Part shown: positions 1 to 9,662 of the stretch, piece by piece
How positions within the stretch are numbered: position 1 is the first letter of the stretch
Layout of the letters: every line of letters starts with the position of its first letter
Origin: Patescibacteria group bacterium
GTDB taxonomy: Bacteria > Patescibacteriota > Microgenomatia > UBA10105 > UBA927
DNA: 64,000 nucleotides
Direction of reading: 5' to 3'
NCBI GenBank assembly: GCA_049322955.1
Contig: JBMOPU010000012.1
Coordinates: 472,150-536,149 of the forward strand
Made by a program: the position numbers and the translations under genes
Notes under the pieces: model-generated
Database searches by the model: none
The model's input: only the letters and a program-made list of their open reading frames with translations
Told to the model about the DNA's origin: nothing

Positions 1-577
1 GTACCTCGGGGACACCTACCACGTAGCCATCGGGCAAGGCTATTTACTGACGACCCCACTCGCCGTCAATACCTGGACAAATATCGTGGCAAACGGCGGA
101 TATTTATGCCGGCCGACAATCGGAAAAATAACCAACAGCAGGGCGGAGCGGGAAAACTGTAAAAACCTCGGACTCAAAAAGGAAACCCTTGATCTGGTGT
201 ATAAGGGCATGGAAAGGGCTTGTGCGACGGAAGGAACCGGCTGGCCGTTATTTAATTTCCAGGTGCGAAAAACAACTTCGACTGATACGGTACAATCGGC
301 GTCTCCCTCGGCACAGCCGCCCGGTCTTCATGTCCCCATCGGGTGTAAAACCGGAACGGCTGAATTCGGACATCCGAAAGATCAGACGCATGCATGGTTC
401 ACCGCATTTGCCCCGCTTCCCGACGTGTACATTCCCGACGATATCAAGGCAACGGAAAATTATGTGGACGGACAGCCGGAAATTTCCGTTACGGTACTGG
501 TTGAGGGAGCCGGCGAAGGAAGCAGTGTCGCGGCGCCGATTGCAAAAAAAATATTTGAAGAGTGGTTCTCTCGATAA
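1..577 (+). CDS. mrdA: Penicillin-binding protein 2, C-terminal transpeptidase part (5'-truncated by window)
   Basis: Open from base 2: YLGDTYHVAIGQGYLLTTP; KTGTAE motif; HAWFTAFAP; GEGSSVAAPIAKKI. Confidence 0.85.
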   Translation, partial: YLGDTYHVAIGQGYLLTTPLAVNTWTNIVANGGYLCRPTIGKITNSRAERENCKNLGLKKETLDLVYKGMERACATEGTGWPLFNFQVRKTTSTDTVQSASPSAQPPGLHVPIGCKTGTAEFGHPKDQTHAWFTAFAPLPDVYIPDDIKATENYVDGQPEISVTVLVEGAGEGSSVAAPIAKKIFEEWFSR

Positions 578-589
578 GCATACCGTGAC

Positions 590-1942
590 ATGAAACCCAA
601 AAAACACATCGTTATTCTCGGCGCGGGACCGGCGGGGTTGGGAGCCGCGTGGCGGCTTACGGAGCTTGGCTATAATGACTTCACCGTCTATGAACGGCAG
701 GAATACGTCGGGGGACTCGCCGCATCATTTACCGACGAGCAAGGCTTTACCTGGGATATCGGCGGGCATGTATTGCATTCGCACTTTCCGTATTTTGACG
801 CGGTGTTTAAGAAGGTTCTGCGGGGAGCGTATTTTACGCACCGACGGCAAAGCTGGGTGTGGATTGCCGACCGGTTTGTGCCGTATCCTCTGCAAAACAA
901 TATTCATCGATTACCCGAAACGATGCGGGATGATTGTCTTGCCGGGCTGAGAAAAAGAACGTCGCTTCCGCCGAACAAACACGACTTTGCCTCATGGATT
1001 ACCGCGACGTATGGCGATGGGATAGCCGCACATTTTATGGTGCCGTATAACCGCAAGGTATGGGCATACCCGTTGCAAGATATGGGGTACCGATGGGTTG
1101 CCGATCGTGTTGCACCCGTTGATCTTGTTTCGATAGAAAAAAATATAAAAGTCGGCAGAGATGATGCCGGATGGGGACCCAATGCCGTGTTTCACTATCC
1201 CAAAAAAGGAGGAACCGGCGATATCTGGAAACGAGTGGCAAAACGTTTTGCCTCGCATATCCGCGGCAAAAAAGAAGCGATTCGTATCGATGGAAAAAAG
1301 AAACGGGTGTATTTTTCTGACGGTACAACCGACTCATATGATCTGCTTTTCAGTTCGATGCCTCTTGATCAATTGACCGGCCTTACGACGGGGGATCCGA
1401 CAATAAAAAAAACAACCGCATTGCATCACAGCGGGGTAACTATCGTGGGATTGGGTATGAAAGGAAACATACCGCAAATTCTGCAGAAAAAATGCTGGAT
1501 GTATTTTGCCGATCCGAAAATTCCTTTTTTCCGTGCGACGGTACTCTCCAATTATTCATCCCATAATGCGCCGAAAGGCTGTTGGTCGCTCATGACGGAA
1601 CTTTCTTTTTCCGCAACCGTGCCGCTTCCAAAAGAGAATGTTGCCGACGCCGTCATTCGTGCCGCAAAACGTATCGGTCTTATACCGAATTCTGCCACAG
1701 TGATTGACCGATTTGTTTTCACGACACCCTACGGTTATCCCACGCCGACAATCGAACGAGACGGGATTGTGGATCCGTTGCTTTCACAACTGGAAAAATC
1801 GGATATCTATTCGCGGGGACGTTTCGGGATGTGGAAATATGAAATAAGCAATCAGGATCATACCTTTATGCAGGGAGTGGAATGGGTGGATAGAATGCTA
1901 TTGGGCAAGAAGGAATCACTCTTGAAAAGCGCCGGTAAATAG
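590..1942 (+). CDS. FAD-dependent oxidoreductase, eukaryote-type UDP-galactopyranose mutase-like
   Basis: GAGPAG Rossmann motif; GGHVLHSHFPYFD, VPYPLQNNI, MVPYNRKVWA, WGPNAVFHYPKKGGTG, SRGRFGMWKYEISNQDHTFMQGVE resemble fungal/trypanosomatid UGM motifs. Confidence 0.7.
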   Translation: MKPKKHIVILGAGPAGLGAAWRLTELGYNDFTVYERQEYVGGLAASFTDEQGFTWDIGGHVLHSHFPYFDAVFKKVLRGAYFTHRRQSWVWIADRFVPYPLQNNIHRLPETMRDDCLAGLRKRTSLPPNKHDFASWITATYGDGIAAHFMVPYNRKVWAYPLQDMGYRWVADRVAPVDLVSIEKNIKVGRDDAGWGPNAVFHYPKKGGTGDIWKRVAKRFASHIRGKKEAIRIDGKKKRVYFSDGTTDSYDLLFSSMPLDQLTGLTTGDPTIKKTTALHHSGVTIVGLGMKGNIPQILQKKCWMYFADPKIPFFRATVLSNYSSHNAPKGCWSLMTELSFSATVPLPKENVADAVIRAAKRIGLIPNSATVIDRFVFTTPYGYPTPTIERDGIVDPLLSQLEKSDIYSRGRFGMWKYEISNQDHTFMQGVEWVDRMLLGKKESLLKSAGK

Positions 1943-2763
1943 TGAATAGTAAAAACACTATGGGAGAAGTACCGCAAAATATCGTGGAACAAAAGGGGTT
2001 GGCTCAGCGTCTGCTGAAGATGGAAACACACGATACATACGATGGGCTGAAAACGGCGATTGAACGCTCCAAAAAAGGATTGGGGACGGCGGTTTTTTGC
2101 AGTCATAATACGAAAAACGATATGTTGGCGGCGGTGATGATGTTAAAAAGCGTGCCGGAATTTGCCGATAAGAAGTTTGTACTCCCCATGAACAGTATGT
2201 TATATAAGGCGTATTGGCCGGGCGAAAAGCTTATGAACGTTACTCTCATTCCCGTTCACTCGCCCGAGGTACGGCGCAAACATGCACTCGCCAAAGAAAA
2301 TCCGAAGTCACGGGAGCTAACGCTTGCAGATCGGATTACCGTACCGAAAGAAGACCATCTTGATGTTGAAGGGTCACTTCAAACGTATCTCAAAGCCGCA
2401 AAAGAGGCGTTGGAAAAAGGGGGCATTGTCGTGGTTGCGCCGCAAGCTCAGGGCAATCTCGATAAAATTGACCTCACCCATCAGCGCAAGGCATTTTCCA
2501 AGTTCAGAAATTATATGGCGAAGTATCCTGGTCTTACGTATTCGGTATTGCCGATAGGCGTTTCGTTTCCGGAGCGGGCAAAGAAAGGACAATCGCAAAA
2601 AGGTGCAAATTTCGGTGAAAAAATGCGCATCGACATCGGCGCCTGCTACGATCAGGAGAAAGTCACCCAAGGCGTATCCCTTGCGGGCGGCAATGCCGAC
2701 CTGTGGATGTACGGGCAAATCGCATCGCTCTTACCGAAGGAAGCGGTGAAGCGACCGGCGTAA
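1942..2763 (+). CDS. Hypothetical protein, putative PlsC/LPLAT-like acyltransferase
   Basis: HX4D motif (SHNTKND), GGIVVVAPQA resembling the PEGT block, VLPIGVSF, RIDIG. Confidence 0.5.
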   Translation: MNSKNTMGEVPQNIVEQKGLAQRLLKMETHDTYDGLKTAIERSKKGLGTAVFCSHNTKNDMLAAVMMLKSVPEFADKKFVLPMNSMLYKAYWPGEKLMNVTLIPVHSPEVRRKHALAKENPKSRELTLADRITVPKEDHLDVEGSLQTYLKAAKEALEKGGIVVVAPQAQGNLDKIDLTHQRKAFSKFRNYMAKYPGLTYSVLPIGVSFPERAKKGQSQKGANFGEKMRIDIGACYDQEKVTQGVSLAGGNADLWMYGQIASLLPKEAVKRPA

Positions 2764-3486
2764 TTATCGGATATCCTTGTAGCTTTGTTTGCGAAGCGGT
2801 TTTTCGAGAAGCACCACTTGGATAACGGTGGGAACAAGCTCGGTAAGATACTGCCAAAATCTTCCCCGTACCCTTCGGTCGGAATTTTTAATCTCCATGG
2901 CGTCCACATGATGTACCGCTCCGACACGACCGGCCCGTTTTCCGAGATCGGTGTCATAGAGTTCATGGAAATTTTCATTGAATCCGCCGATTTGGTCATA
3001 GACCGATTTTCGTATTGCGGAATTACTGCAACGAAATGTCGCGTTCCGGTAAAAAATAAGGCTTAAAAAGTGGGTGATGCCGAGCGCGGTTCGTACCAAG
3101 AAGTGTTCATGTTCGGCCGCCTTGTGAAACGTATATCCTCCGGATATGGCCGCAACTGAAGGGTGTGATTTAAAATAATCCGCAATTGTTTGTACCCAGG
3201 TAGCGGGTACGACACAGTCGGCTTCGGTAAAGCAAAGAATGGTTCCTTTTGCTTCGGCAACACCTCTGATAAACCCGTAAATTTTGCCTTTTTTCGGCTC
3301 ATTCACGTAGCGGACGCCCGCCTTTTTTGCAACCGTTGCCGTTGCATCGGTTGAATTGCTGTCAACCACGATTACCTCATACGGCACCTTTGCTGATTGA
3401 CGGGTGAGTGCCGCGAGGCATTGGGGGAGTAATGCTTCCTCATTTTTTGCGGGGACGATGACGGATACGACAGGTTTTGCGGCCAT
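2764..3486 (-). CDS. Glycosyltransferase family 2
   Basis: VSVIVPAKNEE, VVDSNSTDAT, EAD (DxD-like), IGGFNE; start set at ATG 3486. Confidence 0.9.
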   Translation of the reverse strand: MAAKPVVSVIVPAKNEEALLPQCLAALTRQSAKVPYEVIVVDSNSTDATATVAKKAGVRYVNEPKKGKIYGFIRGVAEAKGTILCFTEADCVVPATWVQTIADYFKSHPSVAAISGGYTFHKAAEHEHFLVRTALGITHFLSLIFYRNATFRCSNSAIRKSVYDQIGGFNENFHELYDTDLGKRAGRVGAVHHVDAMEIKNSDRRVRGRFWQYLTELVPTVIQVVLLEKPLRKQSYKDIR

Positions 3487-3529
3487 AGGAAACTGGATAA
3501 TAGTATCGTAGAATACGGGTGGTCGCAAT

Positions 3530-4669
3530 ATGAAAACACGACAAAAAAACCATCGGGCACTGATGCAATCGGAATTGCGCGCCTGTATGACCGAGTCGGG
3601 GTTTGCCGCAGGAAATCATCACTTCGTAGATCTGTGGGCACGGGACAGTCTGTTTGCCACATTGGGCGCGAATGTCAGCGGCATGACCGCTGAGTCAAAA
3701 AAAACAATTGAAACATTTCTTCGGTATCAGCGGGCAGACGGACTTATCCCGTATCTTATCTTGCGAAGCCGGCACACGATCGGCAAATATTTTAATATCC
3801 ATTCGTTCTACAAAGAGCCCGTCGCGCATTTTCGTTCGCATATGTCGTTTGGTATTGTTCCCGACGGAGGACTGATGACCGTTATCGCCGCGGCGGATTA
3901 TGCCAAAGTCACCCGGGATTACCGTTTTTTGACCAGGCAGTACGACAGACTGCACAAAGCACTTTCCTGGTATGAATCGCGATTCGGTTCCGGGCTCATC
4001 CGCGAATGGTTTCAGTGTGAATGGGCAGACGCATTGCTCAAAGTGGGCAACACGCTTTATACCAATGTTTTGTATTATAAAGCGCTTTCCGATATGGCAT
4101 GGATAGCCGGCAAGGTGAAGAAAACCGCCGATCAAAAACGATTTTTCAATCGCGCGGCGCTGATACGAAAGCACATCAATGAAGCACTGTGGACGGGCTC
4201 CTATTTTGCCGACTGGTATGACTATAAGCGGCAGAATTATTTTGCCGTTCACCCAAATATGCTTGCCGTGCTTTTTGGACTTACGACGTCCGAACAGGCA
4301 AACAGTATTCTTGGATATGCCAAACGGTATACGAACAACGGTTGGGCGATGAAAAACAGTTATCCGGAATATCCCTGGTGGCGAGTCCCGCTCCTGCATC
4401 TTGTGATCGGCATGGGCGATTATCATAACGGTCTTATTTGGTTGCAACCAGGTATTTTGTATGCGGGGGCGCTTCATAAAACAGGGTATCGTGCCGAAGC
4501 GAAAAAAACGCTTCGTATGATCGCCGAAAAGATTACGCTGACGAAAGGAGCGCATGAAGTGTATGAACGAAACGGCACCCCCGTTCGTCGGCGTGTGTAT
4601 CGGTCCGAGCATCCGTTTGCCTGGTCAGCGGGACTCTTTTTGTGGATTTCCTCTATACTAGGGAAGTAA
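3530..4669 (+). CDS. Six-hairpin glycoside hydrolase (amylo-alpha-1,6-glucosidase/GH116/GH63-like)
   Basis: DLWARDSLFA, EWADAL, LYTNVLYYKAL, DYHNGLIW, PFAWSAG. Confidence 0.7.
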   Translation: MKTRQKNHRALMQSELRACMTESGFAAGNHHFVDLWARDSLFATLGANVSGMTAESKKTIETFLRYQRADGLIPYLILRSRHTIGKYFNIHSFYKEPVAHFRSHMSFGIVPDGGLMTVIAAADYAKVTRDYRFLTRQYDRLHKALSWYESRFGSGLIREWFQCEWADALLKVGNTLYTNVLYYKALSDMAWIAGKVKKTADQKRFFNRAALIRKHINEALWTGSYFADWYDYKRQNYFAVHPNMLAVLFGLTTSEQANSILGYAKRYTNNGWAMKNSYPEYPWWRVPLLHLVIGMGDYHNGLIWLQPGILYAGALHKTGYRAEAKKTLRMIAEKITLTKGAHEVYERNGTPVRRRVYRSEHPFAWSAGLFLWISSILGK

Positions 4670-4673
4670 TGAT

Positions 4674-5390
4674 ATGAAACAAACCGTTACGGTAATTATT
4701 CCCGCCCACAACGAAGAACGCACCTTGCCTTCGATCGTTGAGATCGTACGTACGTGGAAGAAAGCCGCTGAAATTGTCGTCGTGGATGACGGTTCTACGG
4801 ATCAGACACATCATAGTGTCCGGCAATTTCGCCCCGATGTACGGGTGATCCGTCATAAAAAAAATGAAGGAAAAGCGACCGCCATGGCCAACGGTATCGA
4901 AAAAAGCCACGGCGAAATCATCATGTTCCTTGACGCCGATACGGTGGGGCTCACGCATAAGGACCTTGATGCCATGATAGCTCCCGTCCTTGCAGGCAAA
5001 GCGGCAATGGTTTTAGGTGCCGCACGGTTTTGGTCGGCGGGCAAGTTCGAACCGTTCACCACCCTCACGGGACAACGCGTCGTGCTCAGAAAAGACGTCC
5101 TGCCGATGGTCTCCGCGATTCGCGGGATCGGGTACGGCGTGGAACTTTTTCTCAATAAAAAATATGAGCATCTACCCGTTGCTACGGTACGACTCCCGCA
5201 TGTGTTTATTTTGGGAAAGCTTGAAAAACAATCATTACCCGATGCGTTGGTTTCCTATATTAAGGAAATACGTGAATTATTGCTCCAGCTTGTTACCCAG
5301 TATGCGGATGAAATCGGTCCGCACGCAAAGCGAATCGTCAAAGAAGTCATCCGATACAGCCTTCGTATTATCGATATGATTCTTTCGTGA
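4674..5390 (+). CDS. Glycosyltransferase family 2
   Basis: VIIPAHNEE, VVDDGSTD, NEGKATAM, FLDAD, TGQR, YGVE. Confidence 0.9.
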   Translation: MKQTVTVIIPAHNEERTLPSIVEIVRTWKKAAEIVVVDDGSTDQTHHSVRQFRPDVRVIRHKKNEGKATAMANGIEKSHGEIIMFLDADTVGLTHKDLDAMIAPVLAGKAAMVLGAARFWSAGKFEPFTTLTGQRVVLRKDVLPMVSAIRGIGYGVELFLNKKYEHLPVATVRLPHVFILGKLEKQSLPDALVSYIKEIRELLLQLVTQYADEIGPHAKRIVKEVIRYSLRIIDMILS

Positions 5391-5403
5391 TTATTCGAAT
5401 GGT

Positions 5404-6519
5404 ATGGATGCCGACCTGCCCTATTTTGTCGCATTCAGCATGTTTCCCGGTATCGGACCGGTTCGGTTTCAACTCCTCTACGACTACTTTTCGTCGGCAA
5501 AAAATGCCTGGTCAGCGAGTGCAGGGGAGCTACGGCATATCGGGTTAGGTACGACACTCACGGAACGATTTTGCGCATTTCGTAAAACGATCATCATCGA
5601 ATCGTTGTTACCGATGCTTGAAAAAGCGAAGGTAACCGCCCTGTCGTTTTACGATAAACGATACCCGACGCTTCTTTCGGAAGTTTCCGATCGTCCGTTT
5701 GTTTTGTATGTAAAAGGGCATCGGGGCAAACTTCCCATCAATCTTTCTGATACCGTTGCCGTCGTGGGGACGCGAAAAGTGACCCGCTACGGTGCACAGG
5801 TGACTCAAGAAATCGCGGGCGATTTGGCAAGGGCGGGGATCACCGTTGTCTCGGGTCTGGCATACGGGGTGGATGCCATAGCGCACAAAGCGGCGCTTGA
5901 TAGCGGGGGAGCAACTATTGCCGTCTTGGGGTGCGGTGTCGACGTGGTTGCTCCGGCAAGTAATGCGGGACTCTATAAAAATATTATTGAAAGCGGCAGG
6001 GGTGCAATTGTTTCGGAAATGCCTCTTACCATGAAACCGGGCAAAGGACTTTTTCCCGCTCGAAACCGCATTATCTCCGGGTTATCCCGGGGAGTAGTCG
6101 TTACGGAAGGCACCGAACAGAGCGGATCGCTTATTACCGCGCGCTACGCCGCGGAACAGGGACGAGACGTGTTTGCCGTTCCCGGAAGCATTACCAATCC
6201 CTATAGCAAAGGGCCGTCCAAACTTATTCGCGACGGTGCGAGTCTTATCACCTCTGCTCGTGATATTCTTGACGCCATGGGGATCACGCAAGGCAAATCT
6301 TCACCGGGAAACGATTGTCCGAGTCTTTCAACGGATGAGCAAACCGTGTGGCGTTGTCTCACTCGCGGGGATAGCCAGGTTGATGCTATAGTGAGAGAAT
6401 CCGGCTTGACCGCCAGTATGGTCACTGGTATCCTAACGGTCTTTGAAATGAGGGGTATAGCCAGGAATATCGGGGAAAATACGTACAGTTTAATAAAATA
6501 TGAAAGGAATACTACGTAA
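5404..6519 (+). CDS. dprA: DNA-protecting protein DprA
   Basis: VAVVGTR, VSGLAYGVDAIAH, FPARNRIISGLS, SGSLITA; C-terminal winged helix; upstream of topA. Confidence 0.95.
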   Translation: MDADLPYFVAFSMFPGIGPVRFQLLYDYFSSAKNAWSASAGELRHIGLGTTLTERFCAFRKTIIIESLLPMLEKAKVTALSFYDKRYPTLLSEVSDRPFVLYVKGHRGKLPINLSDTVAVVGTRKVTRYGAQVTQEIAGDLARAGITVVSGLAYGVDAIAHKAALDSGGATIAVLGCGVDVVAPASNAGLYKNIIESGRGAIVSEMPLTMKPGKGLFPARNRIISGLSRGVVVTEGTEQSGSLITARYAAEQGRDVFAVPGSITNPYSKGPSKLIRDGASLITSARDILDAMGITQGKSSPGNDCPSLSTDEQTVWRCLTRGDSQVDAIVRESGLTASMVTGILTVFEMRGIARNIGENTYSLIKYERNTT

Positions 6520-6606
6520 GTAATAGGCAAAGGAAAAAGTACGGCGCGCATTTTCATTCTGCTGTGCAGGATCGAGCGCCGAGAAAAAACGTAGTTTTGT
6601 CTTAAG

Positions 6607-8640
6607 ATGAAACTTATCATTGTCGAATCACCGACCAAAGCGCGAACCCTAACGCGTTTTTTGGGAAGCTCCGCTTACCGGATTGAGGCGTCTATGGGGC
6701 ATGTTCGGGATTTACCCAAAAGTGCCCTGGGAGTGGATGTGGAGCATGATTTTACCCCGAGCTATATCATTCCCCGTGATAAAACAAAACAGGTCAATGC
6801 GCTGAAAGACGCGGCATTAAAGGCGGATGAGGTTATTCTCGCCACCGACCCTGATCGGGAGGGAGAGGCAATTGCGTTTCATATTGCCGCGATTTTAAAT
6901 GAACTGCGCGAAAAAAAAGCTTCAAAAAAGAAAAAGGAAACCAAAGAAGAAACGACACCCTTCCGCCGCATTGTGTTTCATGAAATCACGGAGTCCGCAA
7001 TCAAAGAAGCGCTTCTGCATCCGCGGGATATCGACCTTCCGCTGGTTGATGCGCAACAGGCACGACGCGTATTGGATCGGCTGGTAGGGTATAAGCTCTC
7101 ACCGCTCCTCTGGAAGAAAATGTCAAAACGATGGCTTTCGGCGGGAAGAGTGCAGTCGGTTGCCGTTCGGCTCATTGTGGAACGGGAACGTGAAATACAA
7201 AAGTTTGCCTCGAAAGAATATTGGACGATCGAAGGCGCTTTCGGCGCCGAATCACAATCGCTTACTGCGGCGCTTATTTCTCTTCACGGGCAGAAATATG
7301 AGAAGACGCTTTCTTTCTCCTTGTTTGACGGTACCTATACCACGACCTCCTCGACCATCGTGACAGGGGAACAGGCGGGGCAGATTATTGCCGATTTTGC
7401 AAAGCCCTTTATCGTCCATGCCGTCGATAAGAAAGAAGTGCGACGGAATCCCGCATCCCCCTATACGACCAGCACGCTTCAGCAGGACGCCGGAAGAAAG
7501 TTATATTTTTCATCAAAGAAAACGATGCAACTCGCGCAAAAATTATATGAGGAAGGGTATATTACGTATCATCGAACGGACAGCGTGAACCTGTCGGAAA
7601 AATTTATCGGCGAGGCAAGGGAGTATATTGCCCGTGAATACGGTGCCGCATATGTCCCCGCTACGGCCAGAAAATTTAAAACAAAATCAAAAGTCGCTCA
7701 GGAGGCGCATGAGGCAATCAGGCCGACGGTTGTTTCGCGGAAAGCCGAAGCGATTACGGAAGGGGAATTCCATCGCGATCATGTGAGGCTGTACGACCTT
7801 ATATGGAAACGGGCGGTGGCAAGCCAGGCGGCGGAAGCGGTATTTGATTCGACGACCATAGGGATAACGAGCGGGAACGGGTACCTATTTGAAACCAGCG
7901 GATCGGTTATTAAGTTTGACGGTTTTTTGAAAGTCGTAGGGAGAGACTCCGAAGAAAAAGTCATTCCGGCAGTCGGAGTCGGGGATGAAGTGACGCTCAT
8001 TGCCGCCACTCCTACCCAACACTTTACTTCGCCGCCACCCCGTTATACCGAAGCGAGTCTCGTGAAAACGCTTGAAGAAAAAGGCATCGGACGACCGTCT
8101 ACCTACGCGCCGATTCTTTCAACGATCGTTGATAGGCAATATGTAACCCGGGAAGAAAAAAAACTGCTCCCCACCGAACTGGGGATTGCCGTAACCGATT
8201 TTCTCGTACGCTATTTTTCGAATATTCTTGATCTTCCCTTTACCGCGCATATGGAAGACGACCTTGACGCCATCGCAAACGGGGAAAAACAATGGGTACC
8301 GGTAATTGCCGATTTCTACGCACCGTTTAGTAAAAGTATCGAGACAACGTACGAGGTTGCCGAAAAAGTAAAACTTTCCGAAGAATCGATAGACGAAAAG
8401 TGCCCCAATTGCGGCCACGAGCTTGTGGTACGAACGGGCAAATTCGGCAAGTTTATCGCCTGTACCAATTTTCCTGAATGTACCTATACCCGACAATACG
8501 GGGAGAAGGTTGACATCAAATGCCCTCGGTGCGGCAGTGATATCGTCGTCAAGAAAAGTAAGCGCGGAAAGAAATTCTACGGTTGCAGTAATTATCCTTC
8601 TTGTACCTTCGCCGCCTGGAAAAAAGAGGATATAAAATAG
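6607..8640 (+). CDS. topA: DNA topoisomerase I
   Basis: LIIVESPTKA, ATDPDREGEAI, SAGRVQS, ITYHRTDS, C-terminal Zn ribbons. Confidence 0.97.
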   Translation: MKLIIVESPTKARTLTRFLGSSAYRIEASMGHVRDLPKSALGVDVEHDFTPSYIIPRDKTKQVNALKDAALKADEVILATDPDREGEAIAFHIAAILNELREKKASKKKKETKEETTPFRRIVFHEITESAIKEALLHPRDIDLPLVDAQQARRVLDRLVGYKLSPLLWKKMSKRWLSAGRVQSVAVRLIVEREREIQKFASKEYWTIEGAFGAESQSLTAALISLHGQKYEKTLSFSLFDGTYTTTSSTIVTGEQAGQIIADFAKPFIVHAVDKKEVRRNPASPYTTSTLQQDAGRKLYFSSKKTMQLAQKLYEEGYITYHRTDSVNLSEKFIGEAREYIAREYGAAYVPATARKFKTKSKVAQEAHEAIRPTVVSRKAEAITEGEFHRDHVRLYDLIWKRAVASQAAEAVFDSTTIGITSGNGYLFETSGSVIKFDGFLKVVGRDSEEKVIPAVGVGDEVTLIAATPTQHFTSPPPRYTEASLVKTLEEKGIGRPSTYAPILSTIVDRQYVTREEKKLLPTELGIAVTDFLVRYFSNILDLPFTAHMEDDLDAIANGEKQWVPVIADFYAPFSKSIETTYEVAEKVKLSEESIDEKCPNCGHELVVRTGKFGKFIACTNFPECTYTRQYGEKVDIKCPRCGSDIVVKKSKRGKKFYGCSNYPSCTFAAWKKEDIK

Positions 8641-8758
8641 CCGGTTTGCAATCCGGGTTACCTGTTACTTCGCGGATTTTTTTTCGCGTCATATATATCA
8701 CCGAGCGCGTTACGATACGCGATGAGTACGCGAAAGTATGCTATACTTTTGCGTACGT

Positions 8759-9106
8759 ATGGAAGATCGGCGAAAAACCATTGCGGCTCTTACTATAATT
8801 ATCTGTGTCATCGTTCTTATTGTCGTAATTATCGGTGCGCTCCTTTCACGGAAAAAAGTAGTTTCTCCCGTTCCCGATGAAGGTGCGATTCGCGTGATAT
8901 TTATGAGCCCGACGCCAATTCTTATCGCGACGGATACGCCGACGCCGACCGCGGCAAAAAACTCAACGACGGCAAAGCCTACCGCCAAACCGCAGAGCAC
9001 ACCAACTCCCACACCGAAACAAAATATAACCCCAACGTCGACAGCAACAACGCCCACTGCCACGCCGACCAAGACGCCTACCGCAACGCCGTCACCCGGC
9101 ACGTAA
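8759..9106 (+). CDS. Small membrane-anchored Pro/Thr-rich protein
   Basis: One TM helix then low-complexity PT/TA tail; ATG 8759. Confidence 0.7.
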   Translation: MEDRRKTIAALTIIICVIVLIVVIIGALLSRKKVVSPVPDEGAIRVIFMSPTPILIATDTPTPTAAKNSTTAKPTAKPQSTPTPTPKQNITPTSTATTPTATPTKTPTATPSPGT

Positions 9107-9108
9107 TT

Positions 9109-9660
9109 ATGGATTTCCTGCTCTCACTCGATCGCGCCACGTTCCAGTTCATCAATAATTTTTCGCACACGCCAGTAAATCATGTGATTGCATTGTTTCT
9201 TTCCGGGATCGGTGTCTGGGGAATTGTTTGGATTCTTATCGGCATAGGGTTGTTTATGCAGGTTGAAAAAAAGAATCATTTCTTTTTCTTGCCGCTTGGT
9301 ACGGGACTCTTAGGAAGTTGGTTCTTGGCCGAGATATTGCTTAAGAATCTTATAAAACGCGCACGCCCGTTTGTCGATCTTCCTGCCACCGTCGTCGGGG
9401 GAGAAGCGTCGGGATATTCGTTTCCCTCATCGCATGCGACGGCCGCGTTTGCCATGGCAGTGATATTGTCGAATTTTCAACCGAGACTTCGCACGCTTTT
9501 CTTTTTTCTTGCATTCTGCGTTTCACTTTCACGGGTGTATATGGGCGTACATTATCCTTCGGACATTATTGCCGGGGCACTGGTAGGAATCGGTATCGGC
9601 ATTGCTTCGCTTCGGCTTGTTTCACGGGTGAAGACAAAGAAAACCGCAAAAAAACGGTGA
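9109..9660 (+). CDS. PAP2 family phosphatase (undecaprenyl-PP phosphatase-like)
   Basis: KxxxxRxRP, SFPSSH, SRVYMGVHYPSD. Confidence 0.9.
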   Translation: MDFLLSLDRATFQFINNFSHTPVNHVIALFLSGIGVWGIVWILIGIGLFMQVEKKNHFFFLPLGTGLLGSWFLAEILLKNLIKRARPFVDLPATVVGGEASGYSFPSSHATAAFAMAVILSNFQPRLRTLFFFLAFCVSLSRVYMGVHYPSDIIAGALVGIGIGIASLRLVSRVKTKKTAKKR

Positions 9661-9662
9661 CG

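Noticed and set aside
3695-4612. 305-aa antisense ORF (similar long antisense ORFs at 49448-50218, 33523-34212, 63399-63986)
   Set aside because: Shadows of well-supported genes on the opposite strand
8930-9100. ACGCCG/ACC repeats
   Set aside because: Encode a Pro/Thr linker common in CPR surface proteins
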